64,000 nt of DNA, taken from assembly GCA_963422375.2 (NCBI GenBank), contig OY729428.2, positions 768,001 through 832,000 of the forward strand, read 5' to 3'. How positions within the stretch are numbered: position 1 is the first letter of the stretch; the number at the start of each line of letters is the position of its first letter. The notes beneath the pieces are model-generated. The model was given only the letters and a program-made list of their open reading frames with translations. It was not told the origin of the DNA and did no database searches. This stretch comes from Bryobacterales bacterium (GTDB lineage Bacteria > Acidobacteriota > Terriglobia > Bryobacterales > UBA6623). The translations under genes and the position numbers were made by a program. Below, piece by piece: positions 52,515 through 64,000 of the stretch.

Positions 52515-53996
52515 ATGCCGACCCGCTCGCTCGGCTGCCTCGCAGCCCTCGCCCTGCTGGCCTGCCAGGCCGCCGTCCATGATCGCCCGCCGAACTTCGT
52601 GGTTATATTCGCCGACGATCTCGGCTACGCAGACCTTTCGTCGTTCGGCTCGACCCGCCACAGGACCCCCCGCCTCGACCGCATGGCCGAGGAGGGCGTG
52701 CGCCTGACCGACTTCTACGTGCCGATGCCGTTCTGCGGCCCGTCGCGAGGGACGCTCATGACGGGGCGCTACCCCTTCCGCAACGGGCTGGTCTCGAATC
52801 CGTCGCCCGACGCCGGACGCAACGATATCGGCCTCCCGCCTTCGGAGATCACGATCGCCGAAGCGCTCAAGCCGCTCGGCTACGCGACCGCCGCCATCGG
52901 CAAGTGGCACCTCGGCCACGCCGAGGAGTTCCTTCCCCGCAGGCAGGGCTTCGACGAGTACTACGGAATCCTGTACTCGAACGACATGCGGCCGGTGCAG
53001 CTGGTCGCGAACGAATCCGTGACGCAGTACCCCGTCTTCCAGCCCGGGCTGACCCGCGACTACACCCGCAGGGCCGTCGACTTCATCGAGCGCAATCGCG
53101 ACCGGCCGTTCTTTCTGTACCTGCCGCACGCGATGCCGCACAAGCCGCTCGCGGCGTCCGACGACTTCTACACGCCGGAGACCCCGGACGACCTTTACAG
53201 CGACGTGATTCGCGAACTCGACTGGTCGGTCGGCCAAGTGCTGGACACGCTGAGGCAGAGCGGCCTGGACGAAAGCACCTTCGTGTTATTCGCCTCCGAC
53301 AACGGGGCGACGTTCGGCGGCAGCAACCTTCCGCTCCGGGCCATGAAGGGATCGAGCTTCGACGGCGGGGTGCGCGTGCCCGCGATCGCCCGCTGGCCCG
53401 GACGGATCCCGGGCGGCCGGGTGTCGGCTGAGGTAGTCGCGTCGATCGACGTCTTTCCCACGATCGCCGGGGCGGCGGGCGCGGACCTGCCGTCGGACCG
53501 CGTGATCGACGGCAAGGACATCCTGCCCCTGCTAGAGGGCCGGGCCTCGGCCTCCCCGCACGAAGCCGTCTTCGCGATGGCCGGCGGCCGGCTGCGCATG
53601 ATCCGCTCGGGCCGCTGGAAGCTCCACGCGCGGGCGCCCGCGCCCGGGTTCCGCTGCCTGGACGACGCCAGCGGCTGGAAGGACCCCCGCGGCCCGGACG
53701 GCATCACGATTCTCGCCCAGTTCGAGCAGGCCGATCCCACGCGGTGCCCCGGCGTCCGGACCGGGCCCGAGCCCCGGCCGATGATGCTGTTCGACATGCA
53801 GGCCGACCCGTCCGAGCAGCGCGATGTCGCCGCGGAGCATCCCGAGGTCGTGGAGCGCCTCAAGGCGATCTTCGACCGGATCGACGCCGAAGCACCGGCG
53901 AGCTACCCGGGGTCCGCCCGCTTGCCGGAGCTGCTGCGGCTGAGGGGCGGGGAGCTGCGCTACGACCGGAGGATCGAGCCGCTGCCCTTCGACTAG
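52515..53996 (+). CDS. Arylsulfatase A-like sulfatase
   Basis: LLAC lipobox-like; PNFVVIFADDLGY, CGPSR..LMTGRY, GKWHLG, YSNDM, SDNG. Confidence 0.93.
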   Translation: MPTRSLGCLAALALLACQAAVHDRPPNFVVIFADDLGYADLSSFGSTRHRTPRLDRMAEEGVRLTDFYVPMPFCGPSRGTLMTGRYPFRNGLVSNPSPDAGRNDIGLPPSEITIAEALKPLGYATAAIGKWHLGHAEEFLPRRQGFDEYYGILYSNDMRPVQLVANESVTQYPVFQPGLTRDYTRRAVDFIERNRDRPFFLYLPHAMPHKPLAASDDFYTPETPDDLYSDVIRELDWSVGQVLDTLRQSGLDESTFVLFASDNGATFGGSNLPLRAMKGSSFDGGVRVPAIARWPGRIPGGRVSAEVVASIDVFPTIAGAAGADLPSDRVIDGKDILPLLEGRASASPHEAVFAMAGGRLRMIRSGRWKLHARAPAPGFRCLDDASGWKDPRGPDGITILAQFEQADPTRCPGVRTGPEPRPMMLFDMQADPSEQRDVAAEHPEVVERLKAIFDRIDAEAPASYPGSARLPELLRLRGGELRYDRRIEPLPFD

Positions 53997-54009
53997 GCCG
54001 GGACGCCGC

Positions 54010-55296
54010 CTATCGGCGCGCGATCGCGCCGAGCACGTCGAAGAATTCCGGGTACGACACGCCCGCGGCATCGGCATCGGCCAAGGTCGACTCGCCGTCG
54101 GCGGCGAGCGCTGCCACGGCGAACGCCATCGCGATGCGGTGGTCCCCGCAGGAGTCGAGTTCCGCGGCCCGCAGATCGCAGCCGCCCTCGATGTCCATCC
54201 CCGCGGGGTGCTCCGTGACACGCGCGCCCATCCGCCGCAGGTTCCTCGCGACCGTGGCGATGCGGTCGGTCTCCTTGACGCGCAGCTCGCCTGCGTCCCG
54301 GATGCGCAAGCCCCCCTCGGAGACGGCGCCGAGTACCGCGAGCATCGGGATCTCGTCGATGACCCCGGCCGTTGTCGCGCCCGATATGACGCCGCCGGCC
54401 AGCCGGCCGGCGCCGCGCACCGCGAGCGACCCCACGGCTTCGCCGCACTCGTCCGGATGGGAATGCACCTCGATGCGGGCCCCCATCCGCCGCAGCACCG
54501 ACAGGACCGCGGCGCGGGTGGGATTCAGGCCGACCCGCTCGATTCGCAGTTCGGAGCCGCGCAGCAGCAGCGCGGCCGCGAGGAAGAATACCGCCGAGGA
54601 AATGTCGCTGGGGATGCGGATCGCGCGCGCCTCGAGCCGCGGCCGGCCGGTCAGCGAGACCGCGCGGCCGTCGACCCGCACGTCCGCGCCGAGTCGGCGG
54701 AGAGCGATCTCGGTGTGGTCGCGCGTCCGGACAGGCTCGACCACGGTCGTCGTTCCCGCTGCATGCAGCCCGGCCAGAAGCACGGCGCTCTTCACCTGGG
54801 CGCTGGCAACGGGGAGCTCGCAGCGAATCGCGCGCAGCCGGGCGCCGCGGATCTCCAGCGGAGGATACTGCCCGTCCCGCGCCTCGACGGACGCTCCCAT
54901 CCTCCGCAACGGGGTCGCGATGCGCTTCATCGGCCGTCGCGAAAGGGATTCGTCCCCGCGGAGAGTCGTCGCGAATGGCTGCCCCGCGAGTATCCCCGAC
55001 AGCAACCGCATGGTCGTGCCGGAATTGCCCGCGTCTAGCGCGGAGCCAGGGGCGCGCAGGCCTTCCGCGCCCGAGCCTTCAATCCGCACGCAGTTGCCCT
55101 CTCGCGCCCAGTCGACGCCTAGAGAGCGCAAGCACTCCAAGGTCGAAGCGCAGTCCGCCCCCGTGGAGTAGTTCGTGAGCACGCTCTGACCGCGCGCGAT
55201 GCCCGCGAGCATCGCATAGCGGTGCGAGATCGACTTGTCACCGGGCAGGGAAATCGCCCCATCGACGCCCGCAGCGGGCCGGATCGCACGCGACAT
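54010..55296 (-). CDS. aroA: 3-phosphoshikimate 1-carboxyvinyltransferase (EPSP synthase)
   Basis: LPGDKSISHR, DAGNSGTTMRL, ASAQVKSA, RDHTE, ELRVKETDRI, DHRIAM; GGAGG RBS. Confidence 0.97.
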   Translation of the reverse strand: MSRAIRPAAGVDGAISLPGDKSISHRYAMLAGIARGQSVLTNYSTGADCASTLECLRSLGVDWAREGNCVRIEGSGAEGLRAPGSALDAGNSGTTMRLLSGILAGQPFATTLRGDESLSRRPMKRIATPLRRMGASVEARDGQYPPLEIRGARLRAIRCELPVASAQVKSAVLLAGLHAAGTTTVVEPVRTRDHTEIALRRLGADVRVDGRAVSLTGRPRLEARAIRIPSDISSAVFFLAAALLLRGSELRIERVGLNPTRAAVLSVLRRMGARIEVHSHPDECGEAVGSLAVRGAGRLAGGVISGATTAGVIDEIPMLAVLGAVSEGGLRIRDAGELRVKETDRIATVARNLRRMGARVTEHPAGMDIEGGCDLRAAELDSCGDHRIAMAFAVAALAADGESTLADADAAGVSYPEFFDVLGAIARR

Positions 55297-55372
55297 GTGA
55301 CCTCCCATTATCCGGGAAGCGCAGCGGCGGCTCTCGCGGCGCACTGGGCCTGCCGAAACAAACACAGTCGGA

Positions 55373-55401
55373 TTGCGTTGAATCAATCAACCTGCTATTG
55401 T
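55373..55401 (+). promoter_or_regulatory. sigma70-type promoter, probable leaderless start of lytic transglycosylase gene
   Basis: TTGCGT-N17-TATTGT with TGn extension; ATG 6 nt downstream. Confidence 0.6.
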
Positions 55402-55407
55402 GTTTGA

Positions 55408-56103
55408 ATGGTGCTAGGGGCGCTTCTCGGGTTGCTGCTCTGCCCGCTCCCCGTGCGATCGGAATCCGACCCGAAACCCGCCGAGACCGGCCAGATTGCG
55501 CCCCCCGTGGATTCGACGGCAGCCCCCGTGAGGGGCCAGTCGACGACGGGATCTGCGGAGCATGGCGGGCAGGCGGAGGCGGAGGCGCCGGACGCAGGCG
55601 AGCCGGTTTGCGCCGCTGGCGCTGGATCCGACTTCGAAGCCTATGTGCGCGAAGTCGGGGCTGCCCACGGCGTCGATCCCGCCTTGGTTTTCGCCCTGAT
55701 CCGGGTGGAGAGCCGAGGCGAATCGAGCGCCGTTTCCCCGGGCGGCGCCATGGGCCTGATGCAGCTTATGCCGCATACAGCTGCCCGCTTCGGAGTGAGC
55801 GCCGCGCTGAATCCCTGCGAGAACGTGCTCGGGGGCGTGCGGTACCTGCGATATCTATCTGACCGGTACTCGAATCAGATCCGCGTCGTGCTGGCGGCCT
55901 ACCAGACCGGCGAGGGGCGGGTAGACCGCTACGGAGGCGTGCCGCCCTACAGCGTCACGCACAGGTTTATCGACCGAGTCCTGCGAATCCGCGAGTCGCT
56001 GCTGCCGGACCCGCTACCGGGCGGGGAAGAGCCCAGACCGGTGCGCCAAGCGATACCGCCGGACGGCGAGATCCCACAGGGCGCGGCCCCGCAGTCGCAG
56101 TAG
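55408..56103 (+). CDS. Lytic transglycosylase (SLT domain)
   Basis: Signal peptide; ALIRVES, AVSPGGAMGLMQLMP, GVRYLRYL, LAAY, YGGVPPY. Confidence 0.9.
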   Translation: MVLGALLGLLLCPLPVRSESDPKPAETGQIAPPVDSTAAPVRGQSTTGSAEHGGQAEAEAPDAGEPVCAAGAGSDFEAYVREVGAAHGVDPALVFALIRVESRGESSAVSPGGAMGLMQLMPHTAARFGVSAALNPCENVLGGVRYLRYLSDRYSNQIRVVLAAYQTGEGRVDRYGGVPPYSVTHRFIDRVLRIRESLLPDPLPGGEEPRPVRQAIPPDGEIPQGAAPQSQ

Positions 56104-56153
56104 CCGGAGGGCTTTACCGCCGCGAATCCTTTTCGCTGGACAGGCGTTGCCGA

Positions 56154-57887
56154 ATGACACGCAAGGATCGATCCGTCGCGTTCGCCGCAGCTCTCGCCGC
56201 CGGGCTGTTCGCGACGGGCACCCTTGCAGCGGCATCCAAGAGCGAGCAGGCCGCGAGCCATTACAAGTCCGCGTCGCAGCTATACGACGACCTGCAGCGA
56301 GTCCCGGAGCCGGAACTCGGGTTCCAGCAGTTCGAGCTGGTCATCTCCGCTATGGAGGCGGTGCAACGAACCGATCCATCCAGCGAACACTGCGACGACG
56401 CGCTCGTGGCTATCGGCGGACTGTACCGGAGCATGGCAGAGCGCTTCGGCGAGGACAAGTATCGCCTCAAGGCGATCGAGACCTACGAGTTCGTCGCGCG
56501 CGAGTACCCTCGGAGCCAGCATCGGGACTCGGCCCTCGAAATGGCCGCGCAAATCCGGGCGCGACTCCCGGCACAGCCGGCCGCCTTGGCCGCGACCGGC
56601 CGCCCATCCGGTCCCGCCGAGGCGGCACTCTCGGACGGAATCCATGCGGCAGGCACCACGGTGCATCCGTCGCGGGGCAGCGCGCCTCTGACAGTCTTCC
56701 GGCTCCGCCACCAAAGCTACGCGGACGGCACCCGGATCGTGCTGGACGTCCAGGGCGGCAGGGGAGCCCTCAAGTACGACCGGCTCCAAGGCCCCGCGCG
56801 GCTGTACATCGACCTTTTCGACAGCTATCTGTCGAGCAATCTGTCGAAGAATCTGCTGCACGGAGTGGGGAAACGCATTGACGACGGCCTGATCGCGAAC
56901 GCTCGCCTGGCGCAGAACCGGCGGAACAAGGCACGCTTGGTGCTTGACCTCGTCCGGCCGGTGTCCTTCGACGCGTTCTGGCTCGACAACCCCGCCCGCC
57001 TCGTGCTGGATCTCCGGGCGTCCGGCACGCCGAGACTGGCGCGCACGCGGGAGGCGCTCACTTCGACGCCGACCGAGGTCGCGTCCGCGCCGGCGACAAC
57101 GCAGGCTCCGAGGGCCGCGGACGCGACCGCCGACGGGAGCATGACGAACATCCGCGCCCTAGCCCTCAAGGCCGGCAGGATTGTCGTGGACGCAGGCCAC
57201 GGCGGGCACGACACCGGCTCGGTCGGCCCGCGCGGGCTGCGCGAGAAGGACGTGGTACTAGATATCGCGACGCGACTGGGCACCCTGCTGGAGGAGCAAC
57301 TGGGAGCGGAAGTGATCCAGACGCGGAGTTCGGACGTATTCGTGGAACTGAAGGAGCGCGCTAGGATCGCGAACGAGCGCGACGCCGACCTGATGGTCTC
57401 GATCCACTGCAATTCCGCTCCGGCTTCCCACGTGCGCGGGATCGAGACATACTACCTTAGCCTCACGACCGAGCCGTGGGCGCTGAGCGTCGCCGCGCAA
57501 GAGAACGCCACTTCCAGCTACACCATCAGCGAACACAAGAGCCTGATCGAGAGGATCGACCGCCACCAGAAGAAGGAGGAGTCGAAGGAATTCGCCCAGC
57601 GCATCCAGTCCAGCCTCCACCGAGGCCTGTCGAGGCACTCGTCTAGGATCCGCGACCGCGGGATCCGCAAGGGGCCGTTCACCGTCCTGATGGAGACCCG
57701 GGTGCCGGCCGCTCTGGTGGAGGTCGGCTTTCTCAGCAACAGGGACGACGAAGCGCTCCTGCAGCAACTCTCGTTCCGCCAGGAAGTAGCGGAGCACCTG
57801 TTCGCCGGCATCCAGGAGTACATTCGCAGCCTCGGCACGCCCCGGATGCGCACGGCCCTGGCCGCCGGCTCGGAGGAACGCGAGTGA
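56154..57887 (+). CDS. N-acetylmuramoyl-L-alanine amidase (TPR-like + AMIN + Amidase_3)
   Basis: TRIVLD..PARLYID AMIN domain; DAGHGGHD, EKDVVL, SIHCN, LVEVGF. Confidence 0.92.
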   Translation: MTRKDRSVAFAAALAAGLFATGTLAAASKSEQAASHYKSASQLYDDLQRVPEPELGFQQFELVISAMEAVQRTDPSSEHCDDALVAIGGLYRSMAERFGEDKYRLKAIETYEFVAREYPRSQHRDSALEMAAQIRARLPAQPAALAATGRPSGPAEAALSDGIHAAGTTVHPSRGSAPLTVFRLRHQSYADGTRIVLDVQGGRGALKYDRLQGPARLYIDLFDSYLSSNLSKNLLHGVGKRIDDGLIANARLAQNRRNKARLVLDLVRPVSFDAFWLDNPARLVLDLRASGTPRLARTREALTSTPTEVASAPATTQAPRAADATADGSMTNIRALALKAGRIVVDAGHGGHDTGSVGPRGLREKDVVLDIATRLGTLLEEQLGAEVIQTRSSDVFVELKERARIANERDADLMVSIHCNSAPASHVRGIETYYLSLTTEPWALSVAAQENATSSYTISEHKSLIERIDRHQKKEESKEFAQRIQSSLHRGLSRHSSRIRDRGIRKGPFTVLMETRVPAALVEVGFLSNRDDEALLQQLSFRQEVAEHLFAGIQEYIRSLGTPRMRTALAAGSEERE

Positions 57888-57935
57888 CAGGACGCGCACG
57901 CCCCGGCAACAAGCATCGCGGACGGCGGAGCCGGA

Positions 57936-59024
57936 TCAGGAGTGGCGCACCGCGACCTGTCCGGGATCCGGTCGCTGCCCGCGCCCTGGGTCCTGCGCGA
58001 CCCGCAGCGCCTTCCTCGTGATCGTGGACAGCGGCACCGAGCCCAGGTCGGAATCGGCCAGCCAGCGGTAGCCCGGCCCCGGGTCGCGCCGTGCGGTGGC
58101 ATGGTGGACGCGGCAGTCGAACTGCGTGGACGTGATAGCGTGCGAGAACCGGCCGAGGCGGCGCGGGCTGACCGAGACCAGCGGGCCCGGTCCGACCAGC
58201 GATTCCGCCGCCCCCTCGATCGTGGGGAGTTCCCAGAAGCCGGGCATGATGCCCGCGTCGGGCGGGCGCTGCCGCACCAAGACCCTTCCGTCCCGCCGAG
58301 CGACGGCGATGGAGAGCGCGGTCTTCCTCGCGGCACCCGTCGCGCCCTTCGCCGGCAGGTCGGCCGCCGTTCCGGCCGTGCGCGCAGCGCAGGAGTGCAT
58401 CCACGGGCACTGCGGGCAGGCTGGGGCACGGGGCACGCAGACCGTCGCGCCGAGTTCCATCAGCGCCTGCGTGAAGGCCCCCCGCTCGCCCGGCTGGGTC
58501 GCCTGCATGAGGCCCCCGCCGATTCCGGCCAGGGACCTCTTGGCCGAGGCGCTGCGGATGTCCCGACGCTCCTCCGCGAGCCGCGCCAGCACGCGGAACG
58601 CGTTGCCGTCCAGCGCCACGCGGGGCTCGTCGAAGGCAATGCTCGCGATCGCGGCAGCGGTGTACTCCCCGATGCCCGGCAGGGCTAGGATGCCCGCGTA
58701 TCCGGGCGGCCAGCGGCCGCCGAGCTCGTTCTCCACGCGCCTAGCTGCGTCGTGCATCATGCGAGCCCGTCGGTAGTATCCGAGACCCACCCAGGTCGCC
58801 AGCACCTCCTCCCGCGACGCGGCCGCCAGCGCGGTGATGTCGGGAAAGCGCGCCAAGAAGCGCTCGTAGTACGGGATGACCGTCCCGACGCGGGTCTGCT
58901 GGAGCATCACCTCCGAGATCCAGATGCGGTAGGGATCGCCCGTGTCCCTCCAAGGGAGCTCCCGGCGGTTCGCCCGGTACCAGTCCAGGATGCGCTGGAC
59001 GAGAGTGGCGGGCGCTGCCCTCAC
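57936..59024 (-). CDS. mutY: A/G-specific adenine glycosylase
   Basis: [45 protein letters not shown]...C; GTG start overlaps sdhB stop. Confidence 0.95.
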   Translation of the reverse strand: MRAAPATLVQRILDWYRANRRELPWRDTGDPYRIWISEVMLQQTRVGTVIPYYERFLARFPDITALAAASREEVLATWVGLGYYRRARMMHDAARRVENELGGRWPPGYAGILALPGIGEYTAAAIASIAFDEPRVALDGNAFRVLARLAEERRDIRSASAKRSLAGIGGGLMQATQPGERGAFTQALMELGATVCVPRAPACPQCPWMHSCAARTAGTAADLPAKGATGAARKTALSIAVARRDGRVLVRQRPPDAGIMPGFWELPTIEGAAESLVGPGPLVSVSPRRLGRFSHAITSTQFDCRVHHATARRDPGPGYRWLADSDLGSVPLSTITRKALRVAQDPGRGQRPDPGQVAVRHS

Positions 59025-59767
59025 GCGCCCTTCAGCGCCGCCCGGAAGTAGTCCGCGTTCATCTCGGCGATGAAGTCGACGCTGATTTCCTTCGGACATG
59101 CGGCCTCGCAGTCCGACGTGTTCGTGCAGCTCCCGAAACCCTCCGCGTCCATCTGCTCGACCATCGCCCGGGCTCGCGAGTAGCGCTCGGGCTGCCCTTG
59201 GGGAAGGCGCCGGAGGTGCGCGAGCTTCGCGCCCGCGAACAGGGCCGCGGAGGCGTTCTTGCAGGCTGCCACGCACGCGGCGCAGCCGATGCAGGTGGCG
59301 GCGTCGAAGGCCGTGTCCGCCTGCGCCTTGGGAATAGGAATGAGATTCGCGTCGGGCGCCCCACCGGTGTTCACCGAAACGAACCCACCGGCCTGCACGA
59401 TCCGGTCGAGCGCGCTGCGGTCGACCACTAGGTCGCGAATGACGGGCAGGGCCGCGGCGCGCCATGGCTCGACCACGATCAGGTCGCCGTCGCTGAAGGA
59501 GCGCATGTGCAGCTGGCAGGTGGTGGTCCCGCCGTCCGGGCCGTGCGGTACGCCGTTGATCATGGCCGAGCACATCCCGCAGACTCCCTCGCGGCAGTCG
59601 TGATCGAAAGCGATCGGCTCCTCGCCGCCCACGATGAGCCCCTCGTTGACCTCGTCCAGCATTTCGAGGAACGACATGTCCGGGCTCACGTCGCGGACCT
59701 CGTACGTTCGGAACTCGCCGGCGCTGCCGGGCGAGTCCTGTCGCCAGACCTTGAGCGTGACTTGCAT
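59021..59767 (-). CDS. sdhB: Succinate dehydrogenase/fumarate reductase iron-sulfur subunit
   Basis: [37 protein letters not shown]. Confidence 0.96.
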   Translation of the reverse strand: MQVTLKVWRQDSPGSAGEFRTYEVRDVSPDMSFLEMLDEVNEGLIVGGEEPIAFDHDCREGVCGMCSAMINGVPHGPDGGTTTCQLHMRSFSDGDLIVVEPWRAAALPVIRDLVVDRSALDRIVQAGGFVSVNTGGAPDANLIPIPKAQADTAFDAATCIGCAACVAACKNASAALFAGAKLAHLRRLPQGQPERYSRARAMVEQMDAEGFGSCTNTSDCEAACPKEISVDFIAEMNADYFRAALKGA

Positions 59768-59778
59768 CTCCCCTGCCC

Positions 59779-61689
<1,911 letters not shown>

Positions 61690-61692
61690 CGG

Positions 61693-62388
61693 TTACAGCA
61701 CCTCGTTGATCGGCTGGAGCACGCCGAGCAGGCAGAGCAGCGGAATCGAGACGTTGCCTGCCACGACGACGACCGCGAGCAGCCTGCCGCAGGCCTCGAG
61801 CCGGTGGCGCGCTCGCGGCCCGCTGAGGCCGACGCTGCGAAAGGCGCTGCCGACGCCGTGGCCGAGGTGCAGCCCGAGGAGGGCCATCGCAGCGATGTAG
61901 GAGGCGGCGACGAGGGGCTCGCGGAAGCCGAGGACAACCATCGAATACACGTCGTGGCGGCCCTGGCCGTCGTACATCTGGAAATGTTCCGGGTGGGTCG
62001 CCCCCACGGTGAAGTGCAGGAGGTGATACGTAACGAACGCCAGCAGCACCAAGCCGGTCAGCAGCATGTGTCGCGACGAGTACGTCGACAGCAGTGAGCG
62101 CTTGAGCGCGTAAGGCCGGGAGCGCGCCGCGCGATTCCGGAGCGACAGGGTTGCGATGCCCCAGACATGCACGGCCAGCGCCGCCAGCAGGCCCGCCCTA
62201 GCTACCCAGATCAGCCCGCCGGTGCTCTTGATGGCGGCCGCGTACGAGTTCAGCGCGTCCGCACCCAAGTAAATCTGGAGGTTGCCCAGCATGTGGAAGA
62301 ACACGAACAGTACCAGCACGGCACCGGACCCGGCGACGAGATACTTGATGCCAACAGTCGAGGCGAGCGCCCGCGTGGCTGCGTTCAT
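61693..62388 (-). CDS. sdhC: Succinate dehydrogenase cytochrome b subunit
   Basis: STVGIKYLVAGSG, HMLGNL, conserved His in TM helices (HLLHF, HLGHG); AAGGAG RBS. Confidence 0.93.
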   Translation of the reverse strand: MNAATRALASTVGIKYLVAGSGAVLVLFVFFHMLGNLQIYLGADALNSYAAAIKSTGGLIWVARAGLLAALAVHVWGIATLSLRNRAARSRPYALKRSLLSTYSSRHMLLTGLVLLAFVTYHLLHFTVGATHPEHFQMYDGQGRHDVYSMVVLGFREPLVAASYIAAMALLGLHLGHGVGSAFRSVGLSGPRARHRLEACGRLLAVVVVAGNVSIPLLCLLGVLQPINEVL

Positions 62389-62589
62389 CCGTGAAACTCC
62401 TTCGGGCTGGGAACCAAGGGAACTCTATAACTACGTTCGCCCCGAGCGAGGCGCAACGCCTAGCTGGCAAGCGCCCCATGCCGCCGCCCGCGAGCGATCA
62501 AGGAGCCGACGCCCGGTCGCGACGTCCCCGCCACCGAGCGACTCAACACCGCTTAGTCCTGACCCCCTAGCCTCTCGTCGAGAGGGCTA

Positions 62590-62620
62590 AGCCCGGGAGG
62601 CGGGACGCACCTCCCGGGCT
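62590..62620. other. Strong hairpin (possible terminator/REP-like element)
   Basis: AGCCCGGGAGG-N9-CCTCCCGGGCT perfect 11-bp stem; no U-tract. Confidence 0.45.
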
Positions 62621-62706
62621 GCGCCGGAGTCTGCCCTCGGAAGGGCCCGACGTGTATCGATTCGCGCCCGGACGGAACCGGCCGGGCAGCACTGCCTCCG
62701 CCAGTC

Positions 62707-63018
62707 CTAGCTAGCCTTCTCCACGCTTTCAATCGAGGTGATCTTCGTCCCCTCAACCTTGCCGGTCACGGTAACCTTCGCTCCAGCGTGGCCCGTGACC
62801 TTGTCCTGTTGCGCGACCTCGTAGATCTTGCCGTCGGCGGTCACGACCACCGCAGCCTCGCCGCCCTTGATGCATCCGGCGGCGCACTTGGCGTGCGCTT
62901 CGCCCGCCTTGCCGCCGTTGGCGCACTTGGCGTCCGTGACGTACCCGGTCACCGAGCTCGCGAAGCAGAGCCCCGTTACCGCAAGCGTCAGAACTAGGAG
63001 GGTGAGCAGTCTCTTCAT
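62707..63018 (-). CDS. Small exported Cys/His-motif beta-rich protein (DUF5818-like)
   Basis: AAGGAG RBS; signal peptide; TGYVTDAKC..HAKCAAGCIKGG, GAKVTVTGKV. Confidence 0.8.
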   Translation of the reverse strand: MKRLLTLLVLTLAVTGLCFASSVTGYVTDAKCANGGKAGEAHAKCAAGCIKGGEAAVVVTADGKIYEVAQQDKVTGHAGAKVTVTGKVEGTKITSIESVEKAS

Positions 63019-63190
63019 GTTGATACTCCTTGGTACCGGCCTAGGAGCGGCCGGATTTCCTACGATTATGCCACAAGCCTCGCGTCGTCAAGCGATATCC
63101 CGGGATTCGTAGCGAGTTTTTCCCGGCGCACATCCCGACGCGGGCGCGCCGAGCGAGGCTGCTACGCAGCCCGACCGCCGAGGAAACCGG

Positions 63191-64000
63191 TCAATAGCCA
63201 TTCTTGCGCAGGACATCGACCAGTTCCACGACGGCTTCGGCGCTGGCCTCCAGCGCGGCCCTCTCGTGGGGCTGCAACTCGAGTTCGTACACGTGCTCGA
63301 TGCCGTGGGCCCCGAGCTTGCACGGAACGCCGACGAAAATGCCGCTGCGCCCGTACTCCCCGTCGAGCATGGCCGCGCACGGAAGCACCTTGCGCTTGTC
63401 GTTCAGGATCGACCCGACCATTTCGACGACAGCTGACGACGGCGCGTAGTAGGCGCTCCCCGTCTTGAGATGCCGGACGATCTCGGCACCTCCGTCGCGC
63501 GTGCGCTGGACGATCGCCTCGAGCCGGTCGCTCGAGAGAATCTGGCCGATCGGAATGCCCGCGACGCTGGTGTAGCGGACCAACGGCACCATGGTGTCCC
63601 CGTGCCCTCCCAGGACCATAGCCACCACGTTCTCAACCGAGACCCCGGCCTCTTCCGCGAGGAACGTCCGGAAGCGAGCCGTGTCCAGCACTCCCGCCAT
63701 CCCGACGACCCGGTTCCGGGAAAAACCCGACGCGTGATAGGCCACGTGGCACATCGCGTCCAGAGGGTTTGAAACGACGATCAGGATCGCATTCGGCGAG
63801 TACCGCGCGGCCGCGGAGATACAGGACTTCACGATGGAGGCGTTCTTGAGGAGCAGGTCGTCGCGACTCATGCCGGGCTTGCGCGGGAAGCCCGCGGTCA
63901 TGACGACTACATCGGAATTGGCGGTGTCCTCGTAGTCGTTGGTCCCCGTGACACGGACGTCGGATCCCTCTACGGGACAGGCCTCGAGCATGTCGAGGGC
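63191..64000 (-). CDS. mdh: Malate dehydrogenase (LDH-like), 5' end outside window
   Basis: [51 protein letters not shown]. Confidence 0.96.
   Translation of the reverse strand, partial: ALDMLEACPVEGSDVRVTGTNDYEDTANSDVVVMTAGFPRKPGMSRDDLLLKNASIVKSCISAAARYSPNAILIVVSNPLDAMCHVAYHASGFSRNRVVGMAGVLDTARFRTFLAEEAGVSVENVVAMVLGGHGDTMVPLVRYTSVAGIPIGQILSSDRLEAIVQRTRDGGAEIVRHLKTGSAYYAPSSAVVEMVGSILNDKRKVLPCAAMLDGEYGRSGIFVGVPCKLGAHGIEHVYELELQPHERAALEASAEAVVELVDVLRKNGY

Noticed and set aside
62584..62622. Resemblance to c-di-GMP-I riboswitch (GGGACGCA)
   Set aside because: Lacks GGCAAA and GNRA-loop features, is on the strand with no downstream gene, and is better explained by a simple hairpin

Overview
High-GC bacterial chromosomal window. 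Gene content (GWxTD protein, carboxypeptidase-regulatory-domain TonB receptors, TPR/ASPIC-UnbV pair, many sulfatases, NHL-repeat gene) suggests an Acidobacterium, possibly host-associated or marine; this is inference only. 1-26.3 kb is mostly minus-strand: class II ribonucleotide reductase nrdJ, an MFS-like/PDZ pseudoprotease/cation antiporter operon, a porin-dehydrogenase-two-aldolase-transporter catabolic cluster, lepA, mfd, an HldE-type adenylyltransferase, thpR, a GWxTD operon, an FHA-GAF-PP2C phosphatase and fur, ending at tRNA-Pro(GGG). About 26.4-54 kb is an accessory region with four sulfatases, two TonB-dependent receptors, a complete-ended but frameshifted IS1595 with an 8-bp target duplication, a 232-bp MITE-like element carrying a solo IS1595 end, an IS1634 remnant, a tyrosine recombinase remnant, DUF29 and a frameshifted NHL-repeat gene. 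54-64 kb returns to housekeeping (aroA, lytic transglycosylase, amidase, mutY, sdhCAB, mdh). No CRISPR array, rRNA, prophage or recognisable defence system was seen. The best candidates for undescribed biology are the pseudoprotease-antiporter operon, the GWxTD envelope operon, the orphan catabolic cluster and the chimeric MITE. All family calls come from motif recognition by eye, not database searches.
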